Assembly (NCBI GenBank): GCA_964427825.1
Contig: CAYRUU010000001.1
Coordinates: 1 to 61,255 of the forward strand
Length of the DNA stretch: 61,255 nucleotides
Direction: 5' to 3'
From: an uncultured Micavibrio sp.
Lineage (GTDB): Bacteria > Patescibacteriota > Minisyncoccia > Moranbacterales > GCA-2747515
Under the pieces are notes generated by a model. It ran no database searches. It saw only the letters and a program-made list of their open reading frames with translations, and was not told the DNA's origin. Position numbers and translations under genes: made by a program. Each line of letters begins with the position of its first letter. Within the stretch, counting starts at the first letter, position 1. Positions 25,945 to 34,724 of the stretch are shown in pieces.

Positions 25945-28062
25945 ATGATGACGGTAAATAAAATCAAAAAAAGAAACGGTACGATTGTTGACTTTGACAT
26001 ACGCAAAATTGAACGCGCCATCACGAAGGCGGCGGAGGCATCGCGTCCGACAAAGAAAATGGATACCCAAAAGGTTGCGCACTATGCGGTCACGCGTATC
26101 GGTAAGAAGTATGGCGACGCGATTCCTACCGTGGAGCAGGTGCAAGATGTCGTGGAGGAGGCGTTGGTCAAGCACAATTATCCACAGGTGGCAAAGGATT
26201 ACATCTTGTACCGTCAAAAACGCACAGAAATTCGCGAAGATCGCAATGTGATGGTGGATGTGGAGAAAACAATGGGGGAATACCTCAATCAGCTGGATTG
26301 GCGTGTTAATGCGAACTCAAATCAAGGATATTCGTTGGGCGGCATGATCCTCAACACGGCAGGTAAGGTGACGGCAAATTACTGGTTGTCGCACATTTAT
26401 CCCAAAGCGGTGGGTGAGGCGCATCGTAATGCCGATATGCACATCCATGATTTGGATATGTTTTCTGGTTATTGTGCAGGATGGAGCTTGCGCTCTCTTT
26501 TGGAGGAGGGTTTTAACGGTGTGGACAACAAAATTGAGTCTAATCCTCCAAAACACCTCTCCAGTGCTGTGGCACAAATGGTGAATTTTTTGGGGACGCT
26601 GCAAAATGAGTGGGCCGGTGCGCAGGCATTTTCCAGTTTTGACACCTACTTGGCGCCGTTCGTCAAGAAAAAAGAGATGGAAATTCGTGCTGCTATTAGA
26701 AAATACGGCATGACATTTCCTACGCCAAAGAAAAAGAAGGACTATATTGAAAGTTCTGTGTATAATTACGTCTACCAAAATATGCAGTCTTTTGTGTTTA
26801 ATCTCAATATTCCGTCACGCTGGGGAACGCAGACGCCATTTACTAATATTACGTTGGACTGGGTGTGTCCGGATGATCTCAAGAAAAAGACGCTGCTTTT
26901 GGGCGGTAAGCCATTTACACATACCTTTGGTGAGCTGCAAAAAGAGATGGATATGATCAATAAGGCTTTTATTGACGTGATGATGGCGGGGGACTCCAAG
27001 GGGCGAACATTTACCTTCCCAATTCCAACCTACAACATCACTAAGGATTTTGACTGGGAGGATGAGAAAGTGTTACCGCTGTTTGATATGACGGCGAAAT
27101 ATGGCACACCGTACTTTCAGAATTTCATCAATTCCGATCTTGATCCAGGGGATGTGCGATCTATGTGCTGCCGCTTGCAATTGGATCTCAAGGAATTACG
27201 CAAGCGCGGCGGTGGACTGTTCGGTTCTGCGGAGATGACGGGATCAATCGGTGTGGTTACTATTAATTTAGCACGTATTGGTAAGATGGCGGCGGGCGAC
27301 AAGGAAGTGTTTTTTGAACGCGTAACGTATTTGATGGAGCTTGCCAAGACATCGCTGGAAATGAAGAGAGAGGTGATTCAAAAGTGGATTGACCGCGGAC
27401 TTTTCCCCTATACACGACGCTATTTAGGTACACTCAAAAACCACTTTTCCACAATCGGTGTTAATGGTATGAATGAAGCGATTCGTAATTTCACCAATGA
27501 TCAAGAAAACATTGCATCACCGTTCGGACAGGATTTTGCTAAGGAGGTATTGGACTATATTCGTGAAAAAATGTCTGTTTTCCAAGAAGAAACGGGAAAT
27601 TTGTACAATCTGGAGGCGACGCCTGGCGAGGGGACGACCTATCGCTTTGCAAAAGAAGATCAAAAGCGTTTCAAGGATATTTTTCAGGCTGGTACAAAAG
27701 AGGCCCCCTACTACACCAACTCCAGTCAGTTGCCGGTGGGCTATACAGACGATATTTTTGAGGCGCTTGACCTACAGGATGATCTGCAGAAGAAGTATAC
27801 AGGCGGTACGGTGTTTCATGGTTATATGAGTGAGCGCATCAGTTCGGGGAAGGTGTGTGCGCAGTTGATTAAAAAGATTCTCACGAACTATCGGTTGCCG
27901 TATATTACCATCACGCCGACGTTCTCTATTTGCCCAAAACACGGCTATTTGGCGGGTGAATATGATTTTTGCCCGAAGTGCGATTTGGATCTTGGCATAC
28001 GTAAAAAGCATTGCGATAGTGAATTCCGCGGGCGCTATGAGAGTCCGCATGCGGAGCGATAG
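25945..28062 (+). CDS. nrdD: anaerobic (class III) ribonucleoside-triphosphate reductase, large part, lacking the glycyl-radical C-terminus
   Basis: 705 aa with an N-terminal ATP-cone (VNKIKKRNGTIVDFDIRKI), a NrdD core and a C-terminal zinc-ribbon region (ICPKHG...FCPKC). The ORF stops before any RV[CM]GY motif. Confidence 0.9.
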   Translation: MMTVNKIKKRNGTIVDFDIRKIERAITKAAEASRPTKKMDTQKVAHYAVTRIGKKYGDAIPTVEQVQDVVEEALVKHNYPQVAKDYILYRQKRTEIREDRNVMVDVEKTMGEYLNQLDWRVNANSNQGYSLGGMILNTAGKVTANYWLSHIYPKAVGEAHRNADMHIHDLDMFSGYCAGWSLRSLLEEGFNGVDNKIESNPPKHLSSAVAQMVNFLGTLQNEWAGAQAFSSFDTYLAPFVKKKEMEIRAAIRKYGMTFPTPKKKKDYIESSVYNYVYQNMQSFVFNLNIPSRWGTQTPFTNITLDWVCPDDLKKKTLLLGGKPFTHTFGELQKEMDMINKAFIDVMMAGDSKGRTFTFPIPTYNITKDFDWEDEKVLPLFDMTAKYGTPYFQNFINSDLDPGDVRSMCCRLQLDLKELRKRGGGLFGSAEMTGSIGVVTINLARIGKMAAGDKEVFFERVTYLMELAKTSLEMKREVIQKWIDRGLFPYTRRYLGTLKNHFSTIGVNGMNEAIRNFTNDQENIASPFGQDFAKEVLDYIREKMSVFQEETGNLYNLEATPGEGTTYRFAKEDQKRFKDIFQAGTKEAPYYTNSSQLPVGYTDDIFEALDLQDDLQKKYTGGTVFHGYMSERISSGKVCAQLIKKILTNYRLPYITITPTFSICPKHGYLAGEYDFCPKCDLDLGIRKKHCDSEFRGRYESPHAER

Positions 28063-28112
28063 AAGTGTTGACGAACCATGTTATACTATAAGTAATTAAT
28101 AAAAATAAAACT

Positions 28113-28301
28113 ATGGCATCACAAGTGCTAAAAGGGGATCATGAGGGGCGCACACCGTGCGAGGTGTGGACACGTGTAATGGGATACTTTCGTCCCGTGT
28201 CGTTTTTCAACACAGGAAAGAAATCCGAGCACTATTCACGCAAGCATTTTCAAGAGTGCGTGATCGCCAACGAAAGTTTTACCAATAAGTATGCTGATTA
28301 G
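28113..28301 (+). CDS. stand-alone glycyl-radical domain of NrdD (62 aa)
   Basis: Contains EVWTRVMGYFRPVSFFNTGKKSEHYSRKHF, the equivalent of the NrdD C-terminal RVCGYLG..N.GK..E motif. It is in a different frame from nrdD; an in-frame stop at 28089 precedes its ATG. Confidence 0.75.
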   Translation: MASQVLKGDHEGRTPCEVWTRVMGYFRPVSFFNTGKKSEHYSRKHFQECVIANESFTNKYAD

Positions 28302-28995
28302 CGGAATCCAACCGTTTACGCTTCTGGACTATCCGGACAAGGTGGCAGCGATTATTTTCACCCCAGGGTGTAATATGCGCTGCCGTTTTTGTCACAATAA
28401 AGAATTTGTCTTGCCGGAAGAAATTGCAAAAATACGCAAAAGTTTTATTGCGGAGAAGACCGTGTTGAATTTTTTGCGATCGCGCAAGGGTAAGTTGGAT
28501 GGCGTGGTGATTTCTGGTGGTGAGCCCACGGTGCAACCGAATTTGCGGCAGTTCATCACTAAGGTGCGCGCAATGGGATTTTTGGTGAAGCTAGACACCA
28601 ATGGCAACTTGCCGGATGTACTAAAAAATTTGGTAAAGGATAAGCTAGTGGATTATGTGGCGATGGATGTGAAAACGACGCCGGATCGCTACAAAGCTCT
28701 TGTGGGGGATTTGGTGCATCCAGACAAGGTTGTTGAAAGTATCGCTTTCCTCAAAAAAAATCGCATACCCTATGAATTTCGTACAACGTTGATTGCCGGA
28801 GAGCACACACCAAAGGTGATCAAGGACATGGCAAAGCTCCTTGCGGGTGCCGATACGCTGTATTTACAGACATTTCGTCCGGAAACGACGCTGGATCCGG
28901 CGTTTGAAGAGAGAGAATCTCTAACCACAACCACAACGAATCGTTACGTGGATATTTTTACGAAGGTGGGTGTACGTCGCGTTTTTTTGCGATAA
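28291..28995 (+). CDS. nrdG: anaerobic RNR activating protein (radical SAM)
   Basis: 234 aa with the CNMRCRFCHN (CxxxCxxC) cluster motif. Overlaps the preceding ORF by 11 nt. Confidence 0.9.
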   Translation: MLISGIQPFTLLDYPDKVAAIIFTPGCNMRCRFCHNKEFVLPEEIAKIRKSFIAEKTVLNFLRSRKGKLDGVVISGGEPTVQPNLRQFITKVRAMGFLVKLDTNGNLPDVLKNLVKDKLVDYVAMDVKTTPDRYKALVGDLVHPDKVVESIAFLKKNRIPYEFRTTLIAGEHTPKVIKDMAKLLAGADTLYLQTFRPETTLDPAFEERESLTTTTTNRYVDIFTKVGVRRVFLR

Positions 28996-29027
28996 AAAAA
29001 CACTCTTTTTTAAAAGAGTGTTTTTTG
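28994..29027. terminator. bidirectional Rho-independent terminator
   Basis: AAAAAACACTCTTTT-ttaa-AAAGAGTGTTTTTT, a perfect palindrome between convergent genes. Confidence 0.8.
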
Positions 29028-29046
29028 AAGATTTAGAAAGAATGCA

Positions 29047-29343
29047 CTATCTTGGAAGCCTCTCAGTTCTTACAACACCACTCCCATCCGAGTATACCTT
29101 CTGTTCCGGTACATTATCCATAATTCTTCTGCGTTCCTCATCAAACACTTGAAGTACACCCGGAGCATCATTATCGGAAACCTGTGCAAGTTTTTCAACC
29201 AATGCTTTGAGCATTAAAACATCTTTGTTTACACCATCACCCATATACTCTCTAAGCAACTGTTCTTTTTTTTCGCTCAATTCTGCCAAGAGCTCATCAC
29301 TGAGAACCTCTTTTTTCGGGGGCTTGGATTCAAACGTGTTCAT
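29047..29343 (-). CDS. small acidic helical hypothetical protein
   Basis: 98-aa ORF with coding-like composition. Confidence 0.5.
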   Translation of the reverse strand: MNTFESKPPKKEVLSDELLAELSEKKEQLLREYMGDGVNKDVLMLKALVEKLAQVSDNDAPGVLQVFDEERRRIMDNVPEQKVYSDGSGVVRTERLPR

Positions 29344-29393
29344 AGTATTTTGTGAAGTTAATAATAACCACTACTTTTTACAGTATAACAAAA

Positions 29394-29425
29394 AGCCCAA
29401 AAAAGAGCAATGCTTTTTTTGGGCT
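29394..29425 (-). terminator. Rho-independent terminator
   Basis: GCCCAAAAAAG-loop-CTTTTTTTGGGC, downstream of the 29441-29791 gene. Confidence 0.65.
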
Positions 29426-29440
29426 GTATGTGAAGTTTTC

Positions 29441-29791
29441 TTAATGCGTGCCGTGTCGTGCAACGGCGCAATAAGCCTGAAACAGGGGATTGTTCTTCAA
29501 CCCCTCCATGTCCAGAGGCTCATTATAAGCCGATGTCGCTCGGTTTTTTTCATAACGAACAATTTGTTGGTAGATTTCTCCCCATACATTGTCCGGTAGT
29601 TTTTTATACACCATGCCCAGAGAAAATTTTTGGGGAGGCGTACTCTTGGCGATTTCTGTAAATTCTTTCATAAATTCAGAGAAATCGTCATCTATTGCTG
29701 CATCTGTTTTACCCATTTCTTGAAGTATTTGGTAGTTTTCTACCAAAGACTCCTGTAGGAGCATAATTGCAGCGCGTGCCATAATATCCAT
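29441..29791 (-). CDS. hypothetical protein (116 aa)
   Basis: Trimmed from ORF 29441-30094 to the ATG at 29791 (MDIMARAAIM...). The longer version overlaps the ldh start and translates a 9-bp tandem repeat. Confidence 0.5.
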   Translation of the reverse strand: MDIMARAAIMLLQESLVENYQILQEMGKTDAAIDDDFSEFMKEFTEIAKSTPPQKFSLGMVYKKLPDNVWGEIYQQIVRYEKNRATSAYNEPLDMEGLKNNPLFQAYCAVARHGTH

Positions 29792-29838
29792 CTCATTTTC
29801 ACTTGTCAAAACGTCCTCCACTGCAGTTGAATGACAAC

Positions 29839-29874
29839 GAACTCTTTGAACTCTTTGAACTCTTTGAACTCTTT
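29839..29874. repeat. perfect 4x tandem repeat of the 9-mer GAACTCTTT
   Basis: Four contiguous identical copies in the divergent intergenic region between the 29441-29791 gene (-) and ldh (+). Confidence 0.9.
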
Positions 29875-29960
29875 CAAGCCTATAAATTATAGGGTATTTT
29901 ACAAGTTTGTCAAGGGCACGTATACTTATTTTAGGTATAATATGCAATAAAAAGTATCCT

Positions 29961-30884
29961 ATGAATAACAAAGTAACAATCATCGGTGCGGGGATGGTGG
30001 GGTCAACAGTGGCGTATAGCTTGATTTTACAGAGTGTTGTGGATGAGGTTGCCATTATTGATCTCAATGAGGAGTTGTTGCGCGCGCAGGTCATGGACTT
30101 GCAACATGCCGTGCCCTTCGTGGACCGTGCAGAGGTGCGTATGGGGTCCTATGATGACTGTGCGGATAGTCGGGTGGTGGTGATTACATGCGGCGCGGCG
30201 CAAAAAACGGGGGAATCGCGGTTGGATTTGGTACAGAAAAACGCGGCGATTATCAAAGATATTGTGCCAAAAGTGTTTGAACGCAATCCCGACGCTATTG
30301 TGATTATGGTGACAAATCCAGTGGATGTGTTGACGCGTTTGGCAATTTCTCTCTTTCCGGACAAGAAAAATCGCATTTTCGGTACGGGGACAGTGTTGGA
30401 TTCCGCGCGGTTGCGTCATTTATTGGGGCAGACGCTCCGTGTCAGTGCGCAAAGCATTCACGCCTACATCCTCGGTGAACATGGTGACAGTGAATTTCCG
30501 GCGTGGAGTACGGCAACAATTGGAAACATGCGTCTTAACGACTGTGAGGCATTGCACGATGACGAAAAGACACGTATTTTCCAAGAAGCAAAAAATGCTG
30601 CGTATACAATTATTGAAGGGAAGCAATCAACGTATTATGCCATTGGCGCGGGGTGTGCGCAGGTGGTGTATGCTGTGATGCGCGATGAAAAGATTGTGCT
30701 TCCGGTGTCACATATGATGGATGATGTGTACGGCATTTCCGGTGTGTGTCTCAGCATGCCGGCGGTTGTGGGTGCGGATGGCATTGAAGATCGCTTTCAT
30801 GTACCACTCAATGAACAAGAACAAGACTTGCTACACAAAAGCGCGTCGGTGCTGCAAGAGACATTTGCGGCGATTCACATCTAG
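29961..30884 (+). CDS. ldh: L-lactate dehydrogenase
   Basis: Start set at MNNKVTIIGAGMVGS. The substrate-specificity region ITCGAAQKTGESRLDL carries the LDH-type Gln, and GEHGDS is the active-site His loop. Confidence 0.88.
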   Translation: MNNKVTIIGAGMVGSTVAYSLILQSVVDEVAIIDLNEELLRAQVMDLQHAVPFVDRAEVRMGSYDDCADSRVVVITCGAAQKTGESRLDLVQKNAAIIKDIVPKVFERNPDAIVIMVTNPVDVLTRLAISLFPDKKNRIFGTGTVLDSARLRHLLGQTLRVSAQSIHAYILGEHGDSEFPAWSTATIGNMRLNDCEALHDDEKTRIFQEAKNAAYTIIEGKQSTYYAIGAGCAQVVYAVMRDEKIVLPVSHMMDDVYGISGVCLSMPAVVGADGIEDRFHVPLNEQEQDLLHKSASVLQETFAAIHI

Positions 30885-30925
30885 GCGTGTGGCACAGGGA
30901 TCTTTTATGAGGTTGGCAGCTTCCA

Positions 30926-32167
30926 CTAGTAGATGATGATGGGCGTGCCAACGGATGCCCAGCTGTAGATCATTTCGGAGTTTTTTGCGTCGTGGCGTAC
31001 ACAGCCGGGAGAGACGGCGCGCCCAATGCTGGATGTGCTTTCTTGACCGCCCTTGGGCATTTCTTCGTGTCCTTCGGGCCAGATTACAAGACCGTGGATG
31101 CCATATTCGCCATTTGCCGTAAATGCCATCCAATAGGGCATATAGACGCCGAGGAGATTGGAGAGGGCATAAGGGTCTTTGTTGTGAATGGTGAATGTGC
31201 CAGTTGGTGTCGGCGTCGTTGGTGCACCAGAGGAGTTGGCGAAACTTGTAACATATTTGCCTTTGTCAAAAAGCGTAGTCACTTGCGCAGCGAGATTGAC
31301 ATCAATGTATTTTGTGTCGGTGATACGCGGGATGGTGGATTTTTTTGCAATTTCTAGGCGCTCATCAATTTGTGTCGGCCATACGTCCGGTGTAGGCATG
31401 ATAGTAGTAAATGTTTTTGTGACAATGGGAAAAAATGCTTGTGGTTGCGCGGATTTATTGCGGACGAAGATAGTGATATTGTGTGCACCAGCAATGTCTT
31501 CCGGTATGGAACCAATGCGAAACTGTGCGGTATTTTTGACGTCTGTTGGGATATTTTCTACGGAAATGGAGGGTTGTATGGCAGCACTGACATCAAAATC
31601 GGTGATCTCTTGGTCAAATGTGACGATGATCGTGTCATTTTCTTGGAGGTAGTCGTCACTGCCCGTAATGCTTGTTGTGATGACGCGCGGGTAGGCACGT
31701 GTCGCGAAGCGGAACATATGCGATGGCTGCGGTGAGGATGTGTCAGGGTGTAGTGGTAGGGCGATGGAATATGTGGTTTCTGGGTCCCATAGCGTTTGGG
31801 GGATGATGTGTAACTCTTGCGGTGTGATCCATGTGAAACGTAGTGTTTCTAACGGAAAACAACCGATCTGCTCTTGGTACGTTTCTGTGTTGGTAATGGG
31901 GTGTGTGAAAGTGATGATAATCTCCTCGTCCAGCGCAATGACGTTATCTGTAATGATGAGAGGCTCCGCCTGTGTGGCGGATGGTGCGTTGTTCACAGGT
32001 AGTGTGAGGGCTGTGCTAAAAGAGGAAAATGGAAAAAAAGCAAACAATAAAAGTGCTACATTGGCGGAAAAAGGTGTGTGCGCAGATGACGCTGTTTTTG
32101 CCTTGTGTTTTTGTGGTGAAAATACGGATGTTGTCATGATTGCGTATAAAAAAAGAGTTGGCCGCAT
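30926..32167 (-). CDS. L,D-transpeptidase (YkuD domain) with a long N-terminal extracytoplasmic region
   Basis: 413 aa. The C-terminal region contains GIHG...SIGRAVSPGCVRH, the YkuD catalytic Cys motif. Confidence 0.85.
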   Translation of the reverse strand: MRPTLFLYAIMTTSVFSPQKHKAKTASSAHTPFSANVALLLFAFFPFSSFSTALTLPVNNAPSATQAEPLIITDNVIALDEEIIITFTHPITNTETYQEQIGCFPLETLRFTWITPQELHIIPQTLWDPETTYSIALPLHPDTSSPQPSHMFRFATRAYPRVITTSITGSDDYLQENDTIIVTFDQEITDFDVSAAIQPSISVENIPTDVKNTAQFRIGSIPEDIAGAHNITIFVRNKSAQPQAFFPIVTKTFTTIMPTPDVWPTQIDERLEIAKKSTIPRITDTKYIDVNLAAQVTTLFDKGKYVTSFANSSGAPTTPTPTGTFTIHNKDPYALSNLLGVYMPYWMAFTANGEYGIHGLVIWPEGHEEMPKGGQESTSSIGRAVSPGCVRHDAKNSEMIYSWASVGTPIIIY

Positions 32168-32346
32168 GCGTATTGCGACAACTCACCCTGTAACATGTCT
32201 ATTATAGCATTTTTTTACACTTTGTTCAAGTCGGCGGTAGTGGTTGTTGCTGGCTATGCATCGTCTGTACATGGGTGTGGATTTGTGGAGTTGTTGTATA
32301 AAAAAAATATGGTATACTATAAAGTAGTAAAAATAAAATTTCTCTT

Positions 32347-33327
32347 GTGTCTATACGATTTGGTTATCACACAGTGGCGTTTGCAGTTTTTAGCACACTG
32401 ACTATTGCCGCGTGTACGGTATATGTGGTGGCGGACGAGGCAAAAAACCTGACGCTTTTTGAAGACTTTGATCAGGATGGTTTGTCTAATGGTGAGGAAT
32501 ATGCCTATGGTACCAATCCATATCTTGCCGATACGGACGGTGATGGGTATTCGGATGGTGTGGAAGTGGAAAGCGGCTTTGATCCACTCAAGCCAGCACC
32601 TGGGGACAAAATTATCAAAAAAGAAAATGTACTCAAGATTGATCCAGCGGATGCCAGAACAACGAATATAACACAGCGCATCTCGGAAAGTCTTGTCACA
32701 TATCTTGCGGACCAGCAAGAAGCCGGTGCGGAAACTGTCAATGCAGAAGAATTTACGAATGTTGTATCTAAGGCGGTTGACCAAGAAGTGTCTTTTATCA
32801 ATCCAGAGACAATAGACTTGGAAAGTATTTCTATCAAAAAGCAGGACTACGAAAAAATGTCGTCGCGAGAGAAAAAAGAACACACAAAAAAGGATACCGT
32901 GGAGTATCTCACATCACTCTCTTACGTTTTTATTAACAGTTTTCCACAGGGATATTTTGATCGTGCACCAGAAGATGTGCAAAAAGAGCTTGTAACCCAT
33001 TTATCGGAGTACTCTACATCGCCAATGGCATATGGGTATTTTGAAGATATGGCGCATCGCTCTGTTGAGGCACAGAAACAGATGTACAATCTTACCGTTC
33101 CAGAGAATATGGTGGAGGTTCATGCCGAAGCGCTTTATTTATTGCGATATATGGAGGACATCTATAAGCAAGGAGACTATAAAAAGGCCAATACTGATGC
33201 AACCTCTCTTATTGCAACATTGGCACAAATACAGGCAATACTCTACAAAGGCATTGAATTGCAGGAAAAAGTAGAAGCGAAACTTATAGAACAAGATCTG
33301 CCTATTGATTCTTTTTTGCCTATATAA
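32347..33327 (+). CDS. secreted protein with thrombospondin type-3-like Ca-binding repeats
   Basis: GTG start, signal-like N-terminus, and DQDGLSNGEEYAYGTNPYLADTDGDGYSDGVEVESGFDP. Confidence 0.7.
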   Translation: MSIRFGYHTVAFAVFSTLTIAACTVYVVADEAKNLTLFEDFDQDGLSNGEEYAYGTNPYLADTDGDGYSDGVEVESGFDPLKPAPGDKIIKKENVLKIDPADARTTNITQRISESLVTYLADQQEAGAETVNAEEFTNVVSKAVDQEVSFINPETIDLESISIKKQDYEKMSSREKKEHTKKDTVEYLTSLSYVFINSFPQGYFDRAPEDVQKELVTHLSEYSTSPMAYGYFEDMAHRSVEAQKQMYNLTVPENMVEVHAEALYLLRYMEDIYKQGDYKKANTDATSLIATLAQIQAILYKGIELQEKVEAKLIEQDLPIDSFLPI

Positions 33328-33334
33328 TGGATTT

Positions 33335-34540
33335 ATGTTTACAACAATACAACGAAAAGCTATTTCAATAGTGCTGTTAGTACACTTAGTGCTATTTACG
33401 GCATTTGCGCCAACCGCATCGGCAGGCTATTGGTTTGAAACATACGGGTCATTGTCCTATAAACAGATGCTGGAAGAAATGGCACAGCAGGTACGAGATG
33501 CTGTGACTGCGGCGGCAAAAATAGCTTCTATTAAAGCGGTCACATCAACACTTGAGAAGTTATTATATGGCAACAGTTCGTCACCACGCAATATCCGTAA
33601 TTTTAATGATTTTTTGATTGCTGATCCACGTGATGCTGCTATTGCCTATGGGCAGGACTTTCTTACGCAAACGCTGCGAGGTATGGGGTCTGGGGATTAT
33701 ACGTCGGCAAGTGGCAGTGTGGGGGGTGACTTTTTGGCGCAAATTTTGCAAGATGCTGGGCAGACCGTTTTGGATCAGTGGAGTGGTAAAGTGACGTCCA
33801 CAGTGGATTATATGAACTACTGCAATCTCTCTGGGCCATCTGGCGGTTATGGGGGTGCCAATTATTTCACGGGACAAAGTGGTGAGGGCGGTATTTTTGC
33901 CGACGGAAATTTTTTGTGCTTCAGTTCCATTTTTGCCAATCCGGTCAACACGCCAATCGGGTTGGCGTTGGCAGTGGATATGGAAACGGCGGCAAAATAT
34001 CAGCAAGAGCAGGAAGTTGCCAAGCTGATGGCAACAAGTACCGGTGTGCTGCCGGATATTGATCAAAATGGTCTTGTTAAAAATCCAGCATATATCATGC
34101 AGTATCTTCAAGAAATAAATCTTCGCACGATTGTGGGTTCAATATCACAAATTGACACAAAAGCATTTTCTACTCTAATTCAGGCGCTTGCTATAGCTAC
34201 ATTTTCACAGGTTGTGCACAAGGGACTGAGTGAGGTGAATGAGGCTGTGGATAAAAATATCGCATCGTTTCAACGGCAATATCAAGAGAAGTTTGGTGAG
34301 TTGATGGATCAGGCTGGCCCCGCCGCATCGTATGCGAGAGATGCATACACTGCCGCACAGCAGCAGCAACAGCAGAAAGAAAAGCGATCCGAGGTATGGG
34401 ACAATCCAGACACACCGGAAGATGAATCAAAGCAAGATTGGAATATTCAAAGAAATCCACCAACTCGTGTTGACAACAACACAACCCAAAGAGATGACTG
34501 GAATATTCAAAACAATCCACCAGTGCGTATCGGTGATTGA
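33335..34540 (+). CDS. secreted hypothetical protein with C-terminal DWNIQxNPPxR repeats
   Basis: Start set at MFTTIQRK. Signal peptide ends ASAG. The motif DWNIQ(R/N)NPP(T/V)R is duplicated at the C-terminus. Confidence 0.65.
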   Translation: MFTTIQRKAISIVLLVHLVLFTAFAPTASAGYWFETYGSLSYKQMLEEMAQQVRDAVTAAAKIASIKAVTSTLEKLLYGNSSSPRNIRNFNDFLIADPRDAAIAYGQDFLTQTLRGMGSGDYTSASGSVGGDFLAQILQDAGQTVLDQWSGKVTSTVDYMNYCNLSGPSGGYGGANYFTGQSGEGGIFADGNFLCFSSIFANPVNTPIGLALAVDMETAAKYQQEQEVAKLMATSTGVLPDIDQNGLVKNPAYIMQYLQEINLRTIVGSISQIDTKAFSTLIQALAIATFSQVVHKGLSEVNEAVDKNIASFQRQYQEKFGELMDQAGPAASYARDAYTAAQQQQQQKEKRSEVWDNPDTPEDESKQDWNIQRNPPTRVDNNTTQRDDWNIQNNPPVRIGD

Positions 34541-34563
34541 TCGATATGTTGGGTGAAGTAAAA

Positions 34564-34602
34564 AAACACCGCATTCTTACAAGAGGGGTACGGTGTTTCT
34601 TT
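34564..34602 (+). terminator. terminator-like hairpin
   Basis: AACACCG-19-nt loop-CGGTGTT followed by TCTTTT. Confidence 0.5.
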
Positions 34603-34606
34603 TACT

Positions 34607-34681
34607 GTGGACGGCACAAGATTTGAACTTGTGACCTTCTGCATGTCGAGCAGACGCTCTAACCAGCTGAGCTAGCCGTCC
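34607..34681 (-). tRNA. tRNA-Val (GAC) with C at position 33
   Basis: Acceptor GGACGGC/GCCGTCC, anticodon stem TCTGC/GCAGA, loop TCGACAT, T-loop TTCAAAT. Confidence 0.7.
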
Positions 34682-34724
34682 TTTACGGTGCGGACACATT
34701 GTGTCATGCCCACACCTCTCTACG

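Noticed and set aside
29792-30094. N-terminal 101 aa of ORF 29441-30094 (contains ERVQRVQRVQRV)
   Set aside because: It overlaps the ldh start and promoter region. The repeat peptide is the translated 9-bp tandem repeat. A good internal ATG exists at 29791.
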